Source: an uncultured Verrucomicrobiae bacterium (GTDB lineage Bacteria; Verrucomicrobiota; Verrucomicrobiia; Chthoniobacterales; JAFAMB01). Taken from it: a DNA stretch of 64,000 nucleotides. Both the position numbers and the translations under genes were made by a program. Position 1 is the stretch's first letter. Each line of letters opens with the position of its first letter. The stretch spans positions 1,632,001 through 1,696,000 of the forward strand of contig CAWIPH010000002.1 in assembly GCA_963837955.1 (NCBI GenBank), written 5' to 3'. Of the stretch, positions 9,759 through 19,732 are shown in pieces. The notes beneath the pieces were generated by a model. It was not told the DNA's origin and searched no databases. It saw only the letters and a list, made by a program, of their open reading frames with translations.

Positions 9759-10739
9759 TCAGTGAACGGGTTGGAGCGTCTCGATCTCTAATTTTTCTTT
9801 AAAATAAGAGATCGTCTCCCGAATTCCGGATTCAAAATCGACCTTTGGCTCCCACCCGAGGAGTTTTCGTGCCCGGGTAATATCGGGCTGGCGAACTTTC
9901 GGATCATCCACTGGCAGCGGTTTGGTGATTATTTTCGATTGGGCTTGGGTAATCTCCAGGATCTTATCGGCAAAATCGAGGATAGTCATTTCCTGAGGGT
10001 TACCGATGTTTACCGGTTCATGGTAGTCGCTCAACGCAAGCCGGGAAATGCCATTGATCAGGTCGGATACATAGCAAAAGCTGCGCGTCTGGCTGCCATC
10101 CCCAAATACCGTCAGGGGTTCTTGGTTAAGTGCCTGGCTGATAAATGCCGGGACCACTCGACCATCTCTCAACCGCATCCGTGGCCCGTAGGTATTAAAG
10201 ATCCGGACAATTTTAGTATCCAATCCATGGTAACGGAGGTAGGCCATGGTCATCGCTTCGGCGAATCGCTTGGCCTCATCATACACTCCGCGGGGGCCGA
10301 TCGGATTGACGTTGCCCCAATAGTTCTCGTTCTGCGGATGCACAAGGGGATCGCCGTAGCATTCCGAGGTTGAAGCCAGTACGAAGACAGCTTTCTTTTC
10401 TTTAGCTAATCCCAGGGCGTTATGCGTTCCCAGCGCCCCTACCTTCAAAGTCGGAATTGGAAGCTCGAGGTAGTCGATCGGGCTGGCCGGTGAAGCAAAG
10501 TGAAATACATAGTCAACTCGACCCGGTACGAAGATAAAGTCACTGACGTTATGGCGAATGAACTGGAAATCCCGGTTGTCAGCGAGGTGGGCTATATTGT
10601 CCGGAGAACCGGTAATTAAGTTGTCAATGGCGATAACACGGAATCCCTCGGAGATGAGGCGATCGCTCAAATGAGATCCAAGAAATCCCGCTCCGCCAGT
10701 TACGACCGCGATCTTCTTGGAAGAAGTAGTTTCAAACAT
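9759..10739 (-). CDS. uxs: UDP-glucuronic acid decarboxylase (UDP-xylose synthase)
   Basis: [54 protein letters not shown]. Confidence 0.92.
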   Translation of the reverse strand: MFETTSSKKIAVVTGGAGFLGSHLSDRLISEGFRVIAIDNLITGSPDNIAHLADNRDFQFIRHNVSDFIFVPGRVDYVFHFASPASPIDYLELPIPTLKVGALGTHNALGLAKEKKAVFVLASTSECYGDPLVHPQNENYWGNVNPIGPRGVYDEAKRFAEAMTMAYLRYHGLDTKIVRIFNTYGPRMRLRDGRVVPAFISQALNQEPLTVFGDGSQTRSFCYVSDLINGISRLALSDYHEPVNIGNPQEMTILDFADKILEITQAQSKIITKPLPVDDPKVRQPDITRARKLLGWEPKVDFESGIRETISYFKEKLEIETLQPVH

Positions 10740-10859
10740 ATATAAAGGATCTTTGCGGGTGCGAAATAACAGACTCCAGGATTGGCGAGACTGGGCGGTA
10801 TTTGTCCAAGCCGCCGCAATCCCTGTCCAAACTGCCAGATTTATCTCGCCGGTGTGTTT

Positions 10860-12374
10860 CTATCGTCGGCTTTCGGCTACGGCTTCGAGTTGTACGACTG
10901 CGGGCATAAACTCAGCGAGATCAATCCCGAGAGCCTGGGCAACGCCGATTCCATAGGCCGGATCGGCCCGGAAAAAATGGCAGATCTGCCGCACCTGAAT
11001 CTCCTGCGAAGTATTGCCTGCCTGCATGTGTCGAGCGATATTCCCGAACAGGCGCTCACGCTGTTCCGGGTTCATTAATCGAAACAGGTTACCGGGCTGC
11101 GTATAATCATCGTTGCCGTCGCGGTGATCATAGCGGGTCGCGTCTCCAGTGATGCGCAAAGGCGGTTCATCGAAAGCCGCACGTTGGACCGGGCCATTGA
11201 AGCTATTGGGTTCATAATTAACGCTGCCACCCCCATTGGCATCAACGCGCATGGAGCCGTCCCGATGGTAATTCATGACCGGACAGCGGGGCTTATTAAC
11301 CGGAATCAATTCATGGTTTACTCCGAGCCGATAACGATGGGCGTCAGCGTAGGAAAAGATCCGTGCCTGCAACATCTTATCGGGCGAGTGACCAATCCCG
11401 GGGACAACATTGGCCGGCGAAAAGGCAGCTTGTTCCACCTCGGCAAAGTAGTTCTCCGGATTGCGATTGAGCTCGAGGATGCCGACCTCAATCAACGGGA
11501 AATCGGAATGCGGCCAAACCTTGGTCAGATCGAACGGATTCCAGCGATAAGTTTCCGCTTTTTCTTCAGGCATGACCTGGACGCAGAAACGCCACCGGGG
11601 ATAGTTGCCAGCCTCGATGGTTTCGAACAGATCTCGCTGGGCTGACTCGCGGTCACCGCCGACGACGTCCGTCGCCTCTTGATCGGTATAAAAGGTATGA
11701 CCCTGCATGGATTTGAAATGGAATTTCACCCAGTACCTTTCGCCTTTGGCATTGATGAAGCTGTAGGTATGCGAACCATAGCCGTTGATCTGGCGAAAAT
11801 TGCGGGGCAACCCGCGATCGCTCATCAAAATAGTCACCTGGTGAAGCGACTCGGGTGAAAGGCTCCAGAAATCCCAGGCGGCGGTATTACTCCGCATATT
11901 GGTCTTGGGGTCTCTCTTCTGGGTATGAATGAAATCGGGAAACTTTAAGGGATCCCGAACAAAAAACACCGGTGTGTTGTTACCCACCAAATCCCAATTG
12001 CCTTCGTCGGTATAGAATTTGAGAGCAAATCCGCGGACATCTCTTTCTGCATCGGCCGCGCCGCGCTCACCAGCCACGGTCGAAAACCGCAAGTATGCCG
12101 GCGTTTGTTTTCCCACTTTGCTAAATACCGCTGCCTTCGAATACCTGGTGATATCGTTGGTGATGGTCAAAGTACCGTGTGCGGCCGATCCTTTCGCGTG
12201 CACGATTCGCTCGGGGATACGCTCGCGATTGAAGGTTGCCAACTTTTCCAGCAGCCAATAGTCCTGGAGCAGCACTGGACCACGCGGTCCGGCAGTGATG
12301 CTGTTTTGGTTATCTTCGACCGGAGCTCCGGATGCCGTGGTCAAAGTTTCGGGCGGAATAGGTTGTTGTGACAT
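10860..12374 (-). CDS. katA: Monofunctional small-subunit heme catalase
   Basis: [45 protein letters not shown]. Confidence 0.95.
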   Translation of the reverse strand: MSQQPIPPETLTTASGAPVEDNQNSITAGPRGPVLLQDYWLLEKLATFNRERIPERIVHAKGSAAHGTLTITNDITRYSKAAVFSKVGKQTPAYLRFSTVAGERGAADAERDVRGFALKFYTDEGNWDLVGNNTPVFFVRDPLKFPDFIHTQKRDPKTNMRSNTAAWDFWSLSPESLHQVTILMSDRGLPRNFRQINGYGSHTYSFINAKGERYWVKFHFKSMQGHTFYTDQEATDVVGGDRESAQRDLFETIEAGNYPRWRFCVQVMPEEKAETYRWNPFDLTKVWPHSDFPLIEVGILELNRNPENYFAEVEQAAFSPANVVPGIGHSPDKMLQARIFSYADAHRYRLGVNHELIPVNKPRCPVMNYHRDGSMRVDANGGGSVNYEPNSFNGPVQRAAFDEPPLRITGDATRYDHRDGNDDYTQPGNLFRLMNPEQRERLFGNIARHMQAGNTSQEIQVRQICHFFRADPAYGIGVAQALGIDLAEFMPAVVQLEAVAESRR

Positions 12375-12418
12375 ATTTGCTTCTTTTTGAAGGATTGAAT
12401 TCAGTAGCCGATCCTTTT

Positions 12419-12467
12419 ATAGGTTTGAAATATAAGTTTCCTATGTCCTAGGATAGGAGCCGCCTAT
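12419..12467. promoter_or_regulatory. OxyR-like binding site upstream of catalase
   Basis: ATAG-N7-ATAT-N7-CTAT-N8-ATAG-N7-CTAT, with tetramers at 12419, 12430, 12441, 12453 and 12464. Confidence 0.55.
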
Positions 12468-12599
12468 GTTGGATCGGGGTGTTTGTTTCTTTAGCCATAT
12501 TTGTTAATCGGTTAGAGTTAATATTCTGTAATTCGGACATAATTTCGGTCTCGATCTAATAATAGTAAGCCGGCAGCTAGACATGCTGCCAGGCAGGCG

Positions 12600-13307
12600 C
12601 TACACAGTGCGGAGAGTTTGGTTAGTTTGCTCCTGCGTTCTCTCCTGGGAAGCTACTGACGGCTCGTGCAGTTTTCCCCGATTAACAACAAGAAAGAGAA
12701 ACGCTGCGACACTGGCACCCAGAAACTCGCTTAGCCAATATATCCAGAGATTCGCCCCGTTCGCCAGCCCCAGCGCAGCAACGCCAATGGCGACAGCGGG
12801 GTTGAAAGCGCCCCCGGAAATCTTTCCGACGGCAACGGCTTGAGCGAACACGGTGAAACCAATGGCGAGTCCATAGAACGAATTGCCAGCGGTGGCAGGG
12901 GCGGTTGCCACGTTCAAAACTGTGTAGACCAAAGCGAAGGTTCCCAGAGCTTCAGCCACCATCACCTGAGCTGCCGTGACAGTCGATGCCGCAGGAGAAG
13001 AACCATGACCGAGGAGAAACCCGGCCGCCAGTGCTGCGACGATCGCGCCGGTCACTTGGGCGACGAGATAAAGACTGGCCTCGAGGGTAGTACAGGCCCC
13101 GCGAATCCAGACTCCCAGCGTTACCGCGGGGTTATAATGAGCGCCACTGATGTGGCCCCCGGCGAAAATCATCACCATCAGTGAAGCTCCGATTGCCAGA
13201 GGACCCAGCAAGACGTGGTCTTGCAGTGACACGCAGCCTATAACGTACACCAGGAAAAACGTTCCGATAAACTCAACAATCCATTTTCGAAAAAGTGAAA
13301 CATCCAT
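12600..13307 (-). CDS. Aquaporin (MIP family)
   Basis: Two NPA boxes (SGAHYNPAVT, GGAFNPAV) and six hydrophobic segments. Confidence 0.93.
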   Translation of the reverse strand: MDVSLFRKWIVEFIGTFFLVYVIGCVSLQDHVLLGPLAIGASLMVMIFAGGHISGAHYNPAVTLGVWIRGACTTLEASLYLVAQVTGAIVAALAAGFLLGHGSSPAASTVTAAQVMVAEALGTFALVYTVLNVATAPATAGNSFYGLAIGFTVFAQAVAVGKISGGAFNPAVAIGVAALGLANGANLWIYWLSEFLGASVAAFLFLVVNRGKLHEPSVASQERTQEQTNQTLRTV

Positions 13308-13350
13308 ATTTCAGCGAAGTGTTTTGCACGATGGTGGTCAACCGATGGGA

Positions 13351-13650
13351 GCGGTTGGCCGACTTCTCATCCCTACGAATCAAGGCAGAAAATGGCTGAT
13401 GAAAAGATCCATTTATGCTTAAATGAGCAAGCCACTTTGCCAGGCCCTAAAAAACCAATTTGTCAGGAGTGGGCTTTCAACAACAAACGATCCATTTTCG
13501 AGAAGGCATATTGCAACGAAGTGTTTCACCGCAGCCCTGGGTTCCTTGAGCCAGAGGGCCGCCTCCGCTCTTCGAGCGCGCCCGCCAGGCAATAAGGCCG
13601 CGCCATAGCGAAGCGGCGGCGGGATCAGGCTGCGGGTCCGTTTGCGCGAT
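13351..13650 (+). pseudogene. Degenerate copy of the promoter and 5' end of the MocR gene at 16062
   Basis: 13351-13481 aligns with 15968-16100 (PKKPICQEWAFN vs MPKKPIFQEFALN). The start ATG has become AGG. The 3' boundary is approximate. Confidence 0.8.
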
Positions 13651-13695
13651 GGCGGTTAACCGATGTGGGTTGGCCAATTATTGCCAAGAGGATTG

Positions 13696-13981
13696 GTCCC
13701 GGAGGGACTCAATGAAAGTAGCCCAGTACGAAGTGCTGGGGTAGCATTAAAAAAAACGGCCCGTCCCGGACGGGACGATCGACGGTTGCTTACGCTGGTG
13801 AAGCCGCATACGAAAGGACCTGGAGCCAAAACACTTCTATCGTCCCTCGCGGGACGGACTTCTCTTGTTGCATTATTTCCCAGCACTTCGTACTGGGCTA
13901 CTTTCATTGAGTCCCTCCCTCCTTCGCGCCGAAGCTCGAAGAGCGACAGCGTTCTCCAGGCTACGGCGGACAAGCCGGGAC
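13696..13981. repeat. Large palindromic REP/MITE-like element with a 56-bp insertion in its right arm
   Basis: The left arm 13696-13740 matches 13879-13918 perfectly over 40 bp; the remaining GGGAC is displaced to 13977-13981. A homologue lies at 62936-63166. Confidence 0.88.
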
Positions 13982-14147
13982 GACTCCTCTCGGCACACGT
14001 CTCTCCCGCTTTAAGAGCACGCTAGAAACGATTAAGAAGCGGCGCAGGCAAGGGTGGCAAGACAGATGCCTAACCAAAAGCACTACCAAAAGACGCCTAA
14101 TTCGAGGACACTAGTAAAAACGGCGGCAACGTACGAAAGCACCCGGG

Positions 14148-14867
14148 CTAAAGCGGCCCAGGACAATTTAGCGAGGATCGAGGTGTCGACGGCCGTTTCG
14201 TACCTTTAAGAGTATACCCAACACCCCGGACCGTTTGAAGCAGCTTTACCTCGTGAAAATCGTCTATCTTTCGCCGCAGCCGGTTGATATAGACATCGAC
14301 TACATTCGTACCGGTATCAAAGTGGTAATTCCAGACCTGCTCGCAAATACTCGTCCGTGAGAGTACTCGGCCGGGGTACCGCATGAGAAATTCCAGCAAA
14401 GCAAACTCTCGCACGGCTAAGTCGATTTTCTGGCCGGCACGCGCGACCTGGCGAGTCAGCAAGTTCATGCTCAAATCGGCCACTTGCAACGTGGTCGCCC
14501 GGTTGCCGCTGCTTCGCCGGCTGAGAGCATTCACCCGTGCGACCAATTCGCGCATCGCGAAAGGCTTGGCCAGATAATCATCCGCGCCCGACTCCAGCCC
14601 CTCCACGCGTTGCGAAACCTCGCCGCGCGCAGTCAGTAGCATCACCGGAGTCGCGTTTTTCTTTTCCCTCAGCCGTCGAAGTACAGCCAGGCCATCCTTT
14701 CCCGGCATCATGATATCAAGGATTATAACATCGAAGGTTTCCTTGCCCGCTTGATCCATTGCCTGGTTTCCCTCGTAGGCTGTTTCGACCTCATAGCCGG
14801 CATCTGTCAGAGCTTTGCGGATGAAATGGCTTACCTGCTTTTCGTCCTCCGCTAGGAGGACTTTCAT
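14148..14867 (-). CDS. OmpR-family response regulator (CusR/CzcR-like) with no adjacent kinase
   Basis: LAEDE, LDIMMP, GADDYLAKPF, TNVVDVYINRLR, TVRGVGY. Confidence 0.92.
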   Translation of the reverse strand: MKVLLAEDEKQVSHFIRKALTDAGYEVETAYEGNQAMDQAGKETFDVIILDIMMPGKDGLAVLRRLREKKNATPVMLLTARGEVSQRVEGLESGADDYLAKPFAMRELVARVNALSRRSSGNRATTLQVADLSMNLLTRQVARAGQKIDLAVREFALLEFLMRYPGRVLSRTSICEQVWNYHFDTGTNVVDVYINRLRRKIDDFHEVKLLQTVRGVGYTLKGTKRPSTPRSSLNCPGPL

Positions 14868-14970
14868 TGATTCGGTTCGATCCATAGCGTCGACGGTCTC
14901 GTCCAACTTCAGCCGAGACCGTGAGTTCACTGCAGGTTTGCCCACCGATCCAAAAGGAGGTGTGGGCCAT

Positions 14971-15705
14971 CTAGGCAAGCGGTTCTGCCATCGTGCGCAT
15001 TTGGATTTCAATAATCCGCGAGCGCGGGGATTGTTTGCAGGCCAGCAGAACAGCGTCTGCCACATCTTCCGGCTCAAGCATATCCGATGTACTGACGCCT
15101 TCTTCGGTGCGTCCCCGTCCGATAGCGAATTCGGTCTTGACGCCTCCTGGACAGATAACACCAACCTTGATTCCGTGGGTCCGGAGCTCCTTATCCAGGG
15201 CCTGGGCGAATCCGACTTGGGCAAACTTCGTTGCACAATAGACCGCTTCGCCCGCAAAACCATAGACGCCCGCCATCGATGAGATCATGAGAATCGTGCC
15301 CTGCTTTCGTTGAAGCATGACCGGTACGGTGTGTCGGGTGAAAAGGAACGTTGAACGCACGTTCGTGTCCATCAGGTCGTCGTATTCCTCGGCACTGGTT
15401 TCGACGAGGTTTTTGTAATTCCCGGCACCGGCGTTATTAATAAGAATATCTATTTGCCCGAACGCTTGGATTGCAGCTTCGACCGTTTTTGTGGCTGTAC
15501 TTTCTTCTCTAGCATCGCCAGCGACACTGATCGCCTGCGTGCCAGACTTTTCTGCTTCTTGTTTAAGCTCCCCGAGCCGATCCTGACGTCGTCCTGTGAG
15601 GACAAGGCGCGCTCCGTCTTTAGCCAGGGCGCGCGCGCAAGCTTTTCCAATACCCGCAGTTGCGCCGGTGATTAAGGCAACTTTTCCAGTGAGTTTCGCG
15701 ATCAT
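14971..15705 (-). CDS. Classical SDR oxidoreductase
   Basis: TGATAGIG, NNAG, YCATK. Confidence 0.9.
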   Translation of the reverse strand: MIAKLTGKVALITGATAGIGKACARALAKDGARLVLTGRRQDRLGELKQEAEKSGTQAISVAGDAREESTATKTVEAAIQAFGQIDILINNAGAGNYKNLVETSAEEYDDLMDTNVRSTFLFTRHTVPVMLQRKQGTILMISSMAGVYGFAGEAVYCATKFAQVGFAQALDKELRTHGIKVGVICPGGVKTEFAIGRGRTEEGVSTSDMLEPEDVADAVLLACKQSPRSRIIEIQMRTMAEPLA

Positions 15706-15802
15706 ATATTTTGCTTTCTTGTTTCTTCTTTGTATCCGTGAATCATACATCGTTCTAAGCAGAATGAGGTGTTTGCTCCCTATCCGAATGGACTAATCTT
15801 TC

Positions 15803-15971
15803 GCCGTCGATCATATTGGGTCGCGTCTCCGGTGATGCGCAACGGCGATCCACCGAAGGCTACGCGTTGCACTGGACCATTGAGACTACTGGGTTTGCAA
15901 TTAATGCTCCCACCACCATTGGCATCAACCCGCATGAAGCCGTCCCGATGGTAATTCATCACGGTGCGCGG
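15803..15971 (-). pseudogene. Internal catalase fragment, a diverged duplicate of 11115-11289
   Basis: [32 protein letters not shown] vs catalase [32 protein letters not shown]. Confidence 0.9.
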
Positions 15972-16061
15972 TTGGCCAATCTCTCATACACCTACGAATC
16001 AAGCCAGAAAAGGGCTGATGAAAAGATCCATTTATGCTAAAAGGAGCAAACCACTTCATAA

Positions 16062-17543
16062 ATGCCCAAGAAACCCATTTTTCAGGAGTTCGCCTTGAAC
16101 CCGCCGAAATCCGAGCAGACACTCCAAGAATGGCTGTTTCGGGAGCTCCGATCGGCTATTCTCGATGGTCGACTGCGGCCGGGCGCTCGCCTTCCTTCTT
16201 CTCGTGGATTGGCTCTGAGCAATCGTCTCTCTCGGAGTACGGTCACCGAAGCATTCCAACGATTGAAGCTCGAGGGCTACATCACCGGGTCAGTCGGCTC
16301 TGGCAGCTACGTCGCGGATAACCTCCCTGACGAATATTTTCAGCCAATCGAGGGGCGCTTAGGGCGGAGAAATCATGTAGCAACCAAGCAGGTGCGTACT
16401 GCCGCGACGATCAAAAAGGTGCTCCCGCTTCCATCCCGCCAAAGGTTTGGATGTGCCTTTCAGCCCAGCCGGCCGGCAGTCGACCAATTCCCAATCGACA
16501 CATGGACTCGTTTGACCAGCCGGGTGATGCGTCGTCTCACGGCTTCAGAACTGGTCATCGGTGATGTGCGCGGCGACTTAGGCCTGCGCAGCGAGATCTT
16601 AGCGCACTTTGGCCCCGCCCGTCAGGTGCGCTGCGATGTCGACCGAATCGTGATGGTCTCTGGGGTGCAACCAGCGCTCGATTTATTGTGCCGGACTTTG
16701 TTGCGTCCGGGCGACCCAGTCTGGTTGGAGAATCCAGGTTATAAGCGCGCCAGAAATCTGTTCCGAGCGGCTGGAGCAACGATCATCCCGGTGCCGGTCG
16801 ATGAACGCGGACTTCAGGTCGAACAAGCTATCGAGACCTTACCTGTCCCTAAGCTTATTTACCTTACTCCGGCACACCAGTACCCAACCGGCGCAGCTCT
16901 CGCGCTCAATCGGCGATTCAAACTTCTGACCTGGGCACGCGAACATGGCGTCACCATCTTCGAAGACGATTACGACGGTGATTTTCGATTCTCGACCAAA
17001 CCACTGGGATCGATGCAAGGTCTTGATGCAGGGGACTGCGTCGCTTATTGCACTTCATTCAGCAAACTGCTTTTCCCTTCTTTACGGCTCGGATTCCTCG
17101 TACTGCCAGATCATCTCGTTGAGCCGATTCTCGCTCTGAGAAATTCAACCGATCGTTACCTGCCTGTGGTTGAACAAAAAACACTCGCCGAATTCATGCG
17201 GACCGGAGAGTTTGGTCATCATCTCCGCCGGATGCGCGAGTTGTACGCTGAGCGTTGGTCCGTTTTTTCAGACGCTGCTCAGAACTTTCTTAGTGATTGG
17301 CTCGACGTGCAACGGACCGAATGCGGCTTGCAAACCGCGGCCTGGCTTTCGCCTGGAATTTCTGATGTCAAAGTCGCCGAAACGGCTGCTAGAGAGCATT
17401 TGGAAGTCTATCCGATGTCGACTCTCTATGCGGCCGGGAAGCGCCGGCATGGATTCTTGCTCGGATTCGGGGCGGTGGCGCCGAAGGAACTTCGTTCCGG
17501 AGCTCAACGACTCGCCAAGGTGCTGAGGGCGTTCAAGACCTGA
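16062..17543 (+). CDS. MocR/GabR-family regulator (GntR wHTH + PLP aminotransferase domain)
   Basis: ILDGRLRPGARLPSSR, TPAHQYPTG, EDDYDGDF, SFSKLLFPSLRLGF. Confidence 0.93.
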   Translation: MPKKPIFQEFALNPPKSEQTLQEWLFRELRSAILDGRLRPGARLPSSRGLALSNRLSRSTVTEAFQRLKLEGYITGSVGSGSYVADNLPDEYFQPIEGRLGRRNHVATKQVRTAATIKKVLPLPSRQRFGCAFQPSRPAVDQFPIDTWTRLTSRVMRRLTASELVIGDVRGDLGLRSEILAHFGPARQVRCDVDRIVMVSGVQPALDLLCRTLLRPGDPVWLENPGYKRARNLFRAAGATIIPVPVDERGLQVEQAIETLPVPKLIYLTPAHQYPTGAALALNRRFKLLTWAREHGVTIFEDDYDGDFRFSTKPLGSMQGLDAGDCVAYCTSFSKLLFPSLRLGFLVLPDHLVEPILALRNSTDRYLPVVEQKTLAEFMRTGEFGHHLRRMRELYAERWSVFSDAAQNFLSDWLDVQRTECGLQTAAWLSPGISDVKVAETAAREHLEVYPMSTLYAAGKRRHGFLLGFGAVAPKELRSGAQRLAKVLRAFKT

Positions 17544-17546
17544 GTG

Positions 17547-18842
17547 TTATCGATGTCCTGAAGCGGCCTCACAGATGGGGTTGTGAGTGAGTCCAAAGGC
17601 CTGCTCCAGCAGGTCAGCGGCTACGGAAAGCCCGTTCTTCTTGGCGATAGCCTTCTGGATCGAGCGCGAATTATCGCGATAAATAGGGTTGTTCAACACC
17701 TCATCGAGAAGCGCCGACAATTTCGACGCATCTAAACCGTCCAAAGAGGTTGTTTTGCCGGTCTTTTTGTCAGCGATTCTGGCAGCGACGCCTGGCTGAT
17801 CGTTCGTTATCGGAATGGCGATTTGCGGAACTCCTTGAGTCAGGGCTTCAAGCACGGTGTTGAATCCCGCATGGGTGATGCACACCGATGCCTTTTTCAG
17901 CAGCTCCAGCTGAGGCGCATTGTTAACGACAATTGCGTTGTTCGGTACAGGCCCGATCTGCTCGGGACGTAGTACATTGCCGATCGCAAGTACTAGTTGT
18001 AAACCTTTATGTTTTGAGACGGCAGCTGCGATAGCGCTGAAGACATCCGGGTTGCCAACTTGAACTGTTCCCATCGAGGCGTAAACGATGGGTTCTCCCG
18101 TCAATTGGTCCCACGGAAACGGGAAATCCAGTCGGCCTTTACCGTCATGGAACGGACCTGCGTAATGGAACTGCTTAAGCCAATGAGAGCTTTCAAAGTC
18201 AAATTCCTGAGGACACTGCGTGATCCAGGGCCGACCCGAGAACAAAGAAGATGGATCCTCCCAATTGGCTCTGATGCCGGCTCGCTCCGCTTGTACGATT
18301 ATCTCTGCGTTGCTACGGATGAGCATCTGAGTGAACTTTGAGACGCCCTGGCGGTTTCGTTTTATGGCTTCGGGCGTATTCAGGTGCGCCCAATCGTAGA
18401 CACATAGGGGAGTATACCCCGAATAATCGAAGTGAAGTGCGTTTGCCACAATGGCGTATGGCATCCCCAGACGCATTGGGATTATCTCGCCGTAGAAATC
18501 GTAACTATCGACTACGAGGGCATCAATGCCTGCTGAAGACAGTAGATTCGGTAATGTTCTCCACTTTACTTCGTTTATTGCCGCAACCACATTAACAGTG
18601 AACTGCAGACCTTCATCCCCTTTTAGCCTGCTAACTTTTCCGACTATCTCACCGGCTTTATCAGCCGAAAACTCTTTCTCACCAAAAGGGACAAATGGCA
18701 GATCGGCAGCACGAGCCAGCGATTCGACCACCGGCAGAGAAAACATCACGACATCATGGTTGCGTGATTGAAGCTGACGAGCCAGTGCGCTCATTGGATT
18801 CAAGTGACCAGTACCAGCGAGACCGATAAAGCCGATTTTCAT
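17547..18842 (-). CDS. GT1-family glycosyltransferase (MGT/CrtX-like)
   Basis: GHLNPM, YASMGT, APQLELL..THAGFNTVLEAL..DQP. Confidence 0.88.
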   Translation of the reverse strand: MKIGFIGLAGTGHLNPMSALARQLQSRNHDVVMFSLPVVESLARAADLPFVPFGEKEFSADKAGEIVGKVSRLKGDEGLQFTVNVVAAINEVKWRTLPNLLSSAGIDALVVDSYDFYGEIIPMRLGMPYAIVANALHFDYSGYTPLCVYDWAHLNTPEAIKRNRQGVSKFTQMLIRSNAEIIVQAERAGIRANWEDPSSLFSGRPWITQCPQEFDFESSHWLKQFHYAGPFHDGKGRLDFPFPWDQLTGEPIVYASMGTVQVGNPDVFSAIAAAVSKHKGLQLVLAIGNVLRPEQIGPVPNNAIVVNNAPQLELLKKASVCITHAGFNTVLEALTQGVPQIAIPITNDQPGVAARIADKKTGKTTSLDGLDASKLSALLDEVLNNPIYRDNSRSIQKAIAKKNGLSVAADLLEQAFGLTHNPICEAASGHR

Positions 18843-19202
18843 AAATATTTTGCGATTCAATGACTTCTCGAAGTGTTCAGGAAACGATTCTGAAGCAGTG
18901 CTGATTAAATGGTACTAGACGCTAACATCTTGGACGTAGGTCGATTTTTGCCTCATTTGCCGTAATCCGTGTCCGAGTGACGGACTACCATCCCTTCGCG
19001 GAGCAGACTTTCATGCAGAGTGGGCCTTCGGAACGTTTTAAGCGGCGATAGGATGCTTGCGCGGGCCGCCGGCAGGTGAGTATTGCTCCTTCTTCCGCCA
19101 CAAGCAGGCCAGTGAAATTGTGGTCGCTTGGATTCCGGAGTGGGGAGGCGCACAGCCTGTCCGACATAGCTCTTTCTGATGCCTGGTGCAGAATGTTTGA
19201 GC

Positions 19203-19250
19203 GCGACGTCGGATCCTCGTGCGCCGCGGATCGCGAGGATCCGACGTCGC
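19203..19250. repeat. Perfect 17-bp inverted repeat (hairpin)
   Basis: GCGACGTCGGATCCTCG (19203-19219) / CGAGGATCCGACGTCGC (19234-19250). Confidence 0.8.
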
Positions 19251-19410
19251 AGAAGCGCAGTGTCGTTGAGCGATGCATCGAAAAGCTTTGTCGGACGGGC
19301 TGCGATCCCTCCCCTGCACGACGCCGATTTCAGCAATCTCGGTAACTCAAAACAGGTCCGCTACGGGCTAACAATAGCGTTTAGCGGATAGTACGCGGTG
19401 CGCTGCTTGG

Positions 19411-19655
19411 CCGCTCTGAAAGAGCGCAAGAAATCTTCTGAGGAGCTTGGTTACGGCAAGCAACAATCCGTAGAAGCCGACGCTGAGCAAGGGGATCTAG
19501 AAGGGGCAGTTCATGTCCTCGATGGAGCCCGTAGAAGCGTCGTTCTGCCAGAGGATTTCTTACGCTCTTTCAGAGCGGATGCGCATTTTTTTAGGCTACC
19601 CGGGGTTGCGCAAAGCCTCCACCCCGGGCTGAGTCCTCTAACGCCTTCGGCGTAT
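19411..19655. repeat. REP-like palindromic element
   Basis: 30-bp inverted repeat 19411-19440 / 19549-19578 with 2 mismatches, then CCCGGGG..CCCCGGGCTGAGTCCTC, whose reverse complement resembles 62757-62830. Confidence 0.75.
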
Positions 19656-19732
19656 CTGGTATATCCGACGAGACCGGCTGGGGTTTGACTATTGGGTCAC
19701 GCCGGGCGGTTTTGTTGTGACGATCGCCGGAC

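Noticed and set aside
14868..15263. Long N-terminal extension of the response regulator
   Set aside because: It overlaps the SDR gene in another frame; the receiver domain starts at 14867.
18953..19688. Overlapping short ORFs between the glycosyltransferase and the decarboxylase
   Set aside because: No recognisable motifs; the region is better explained by GC-rich palindromic repeats.
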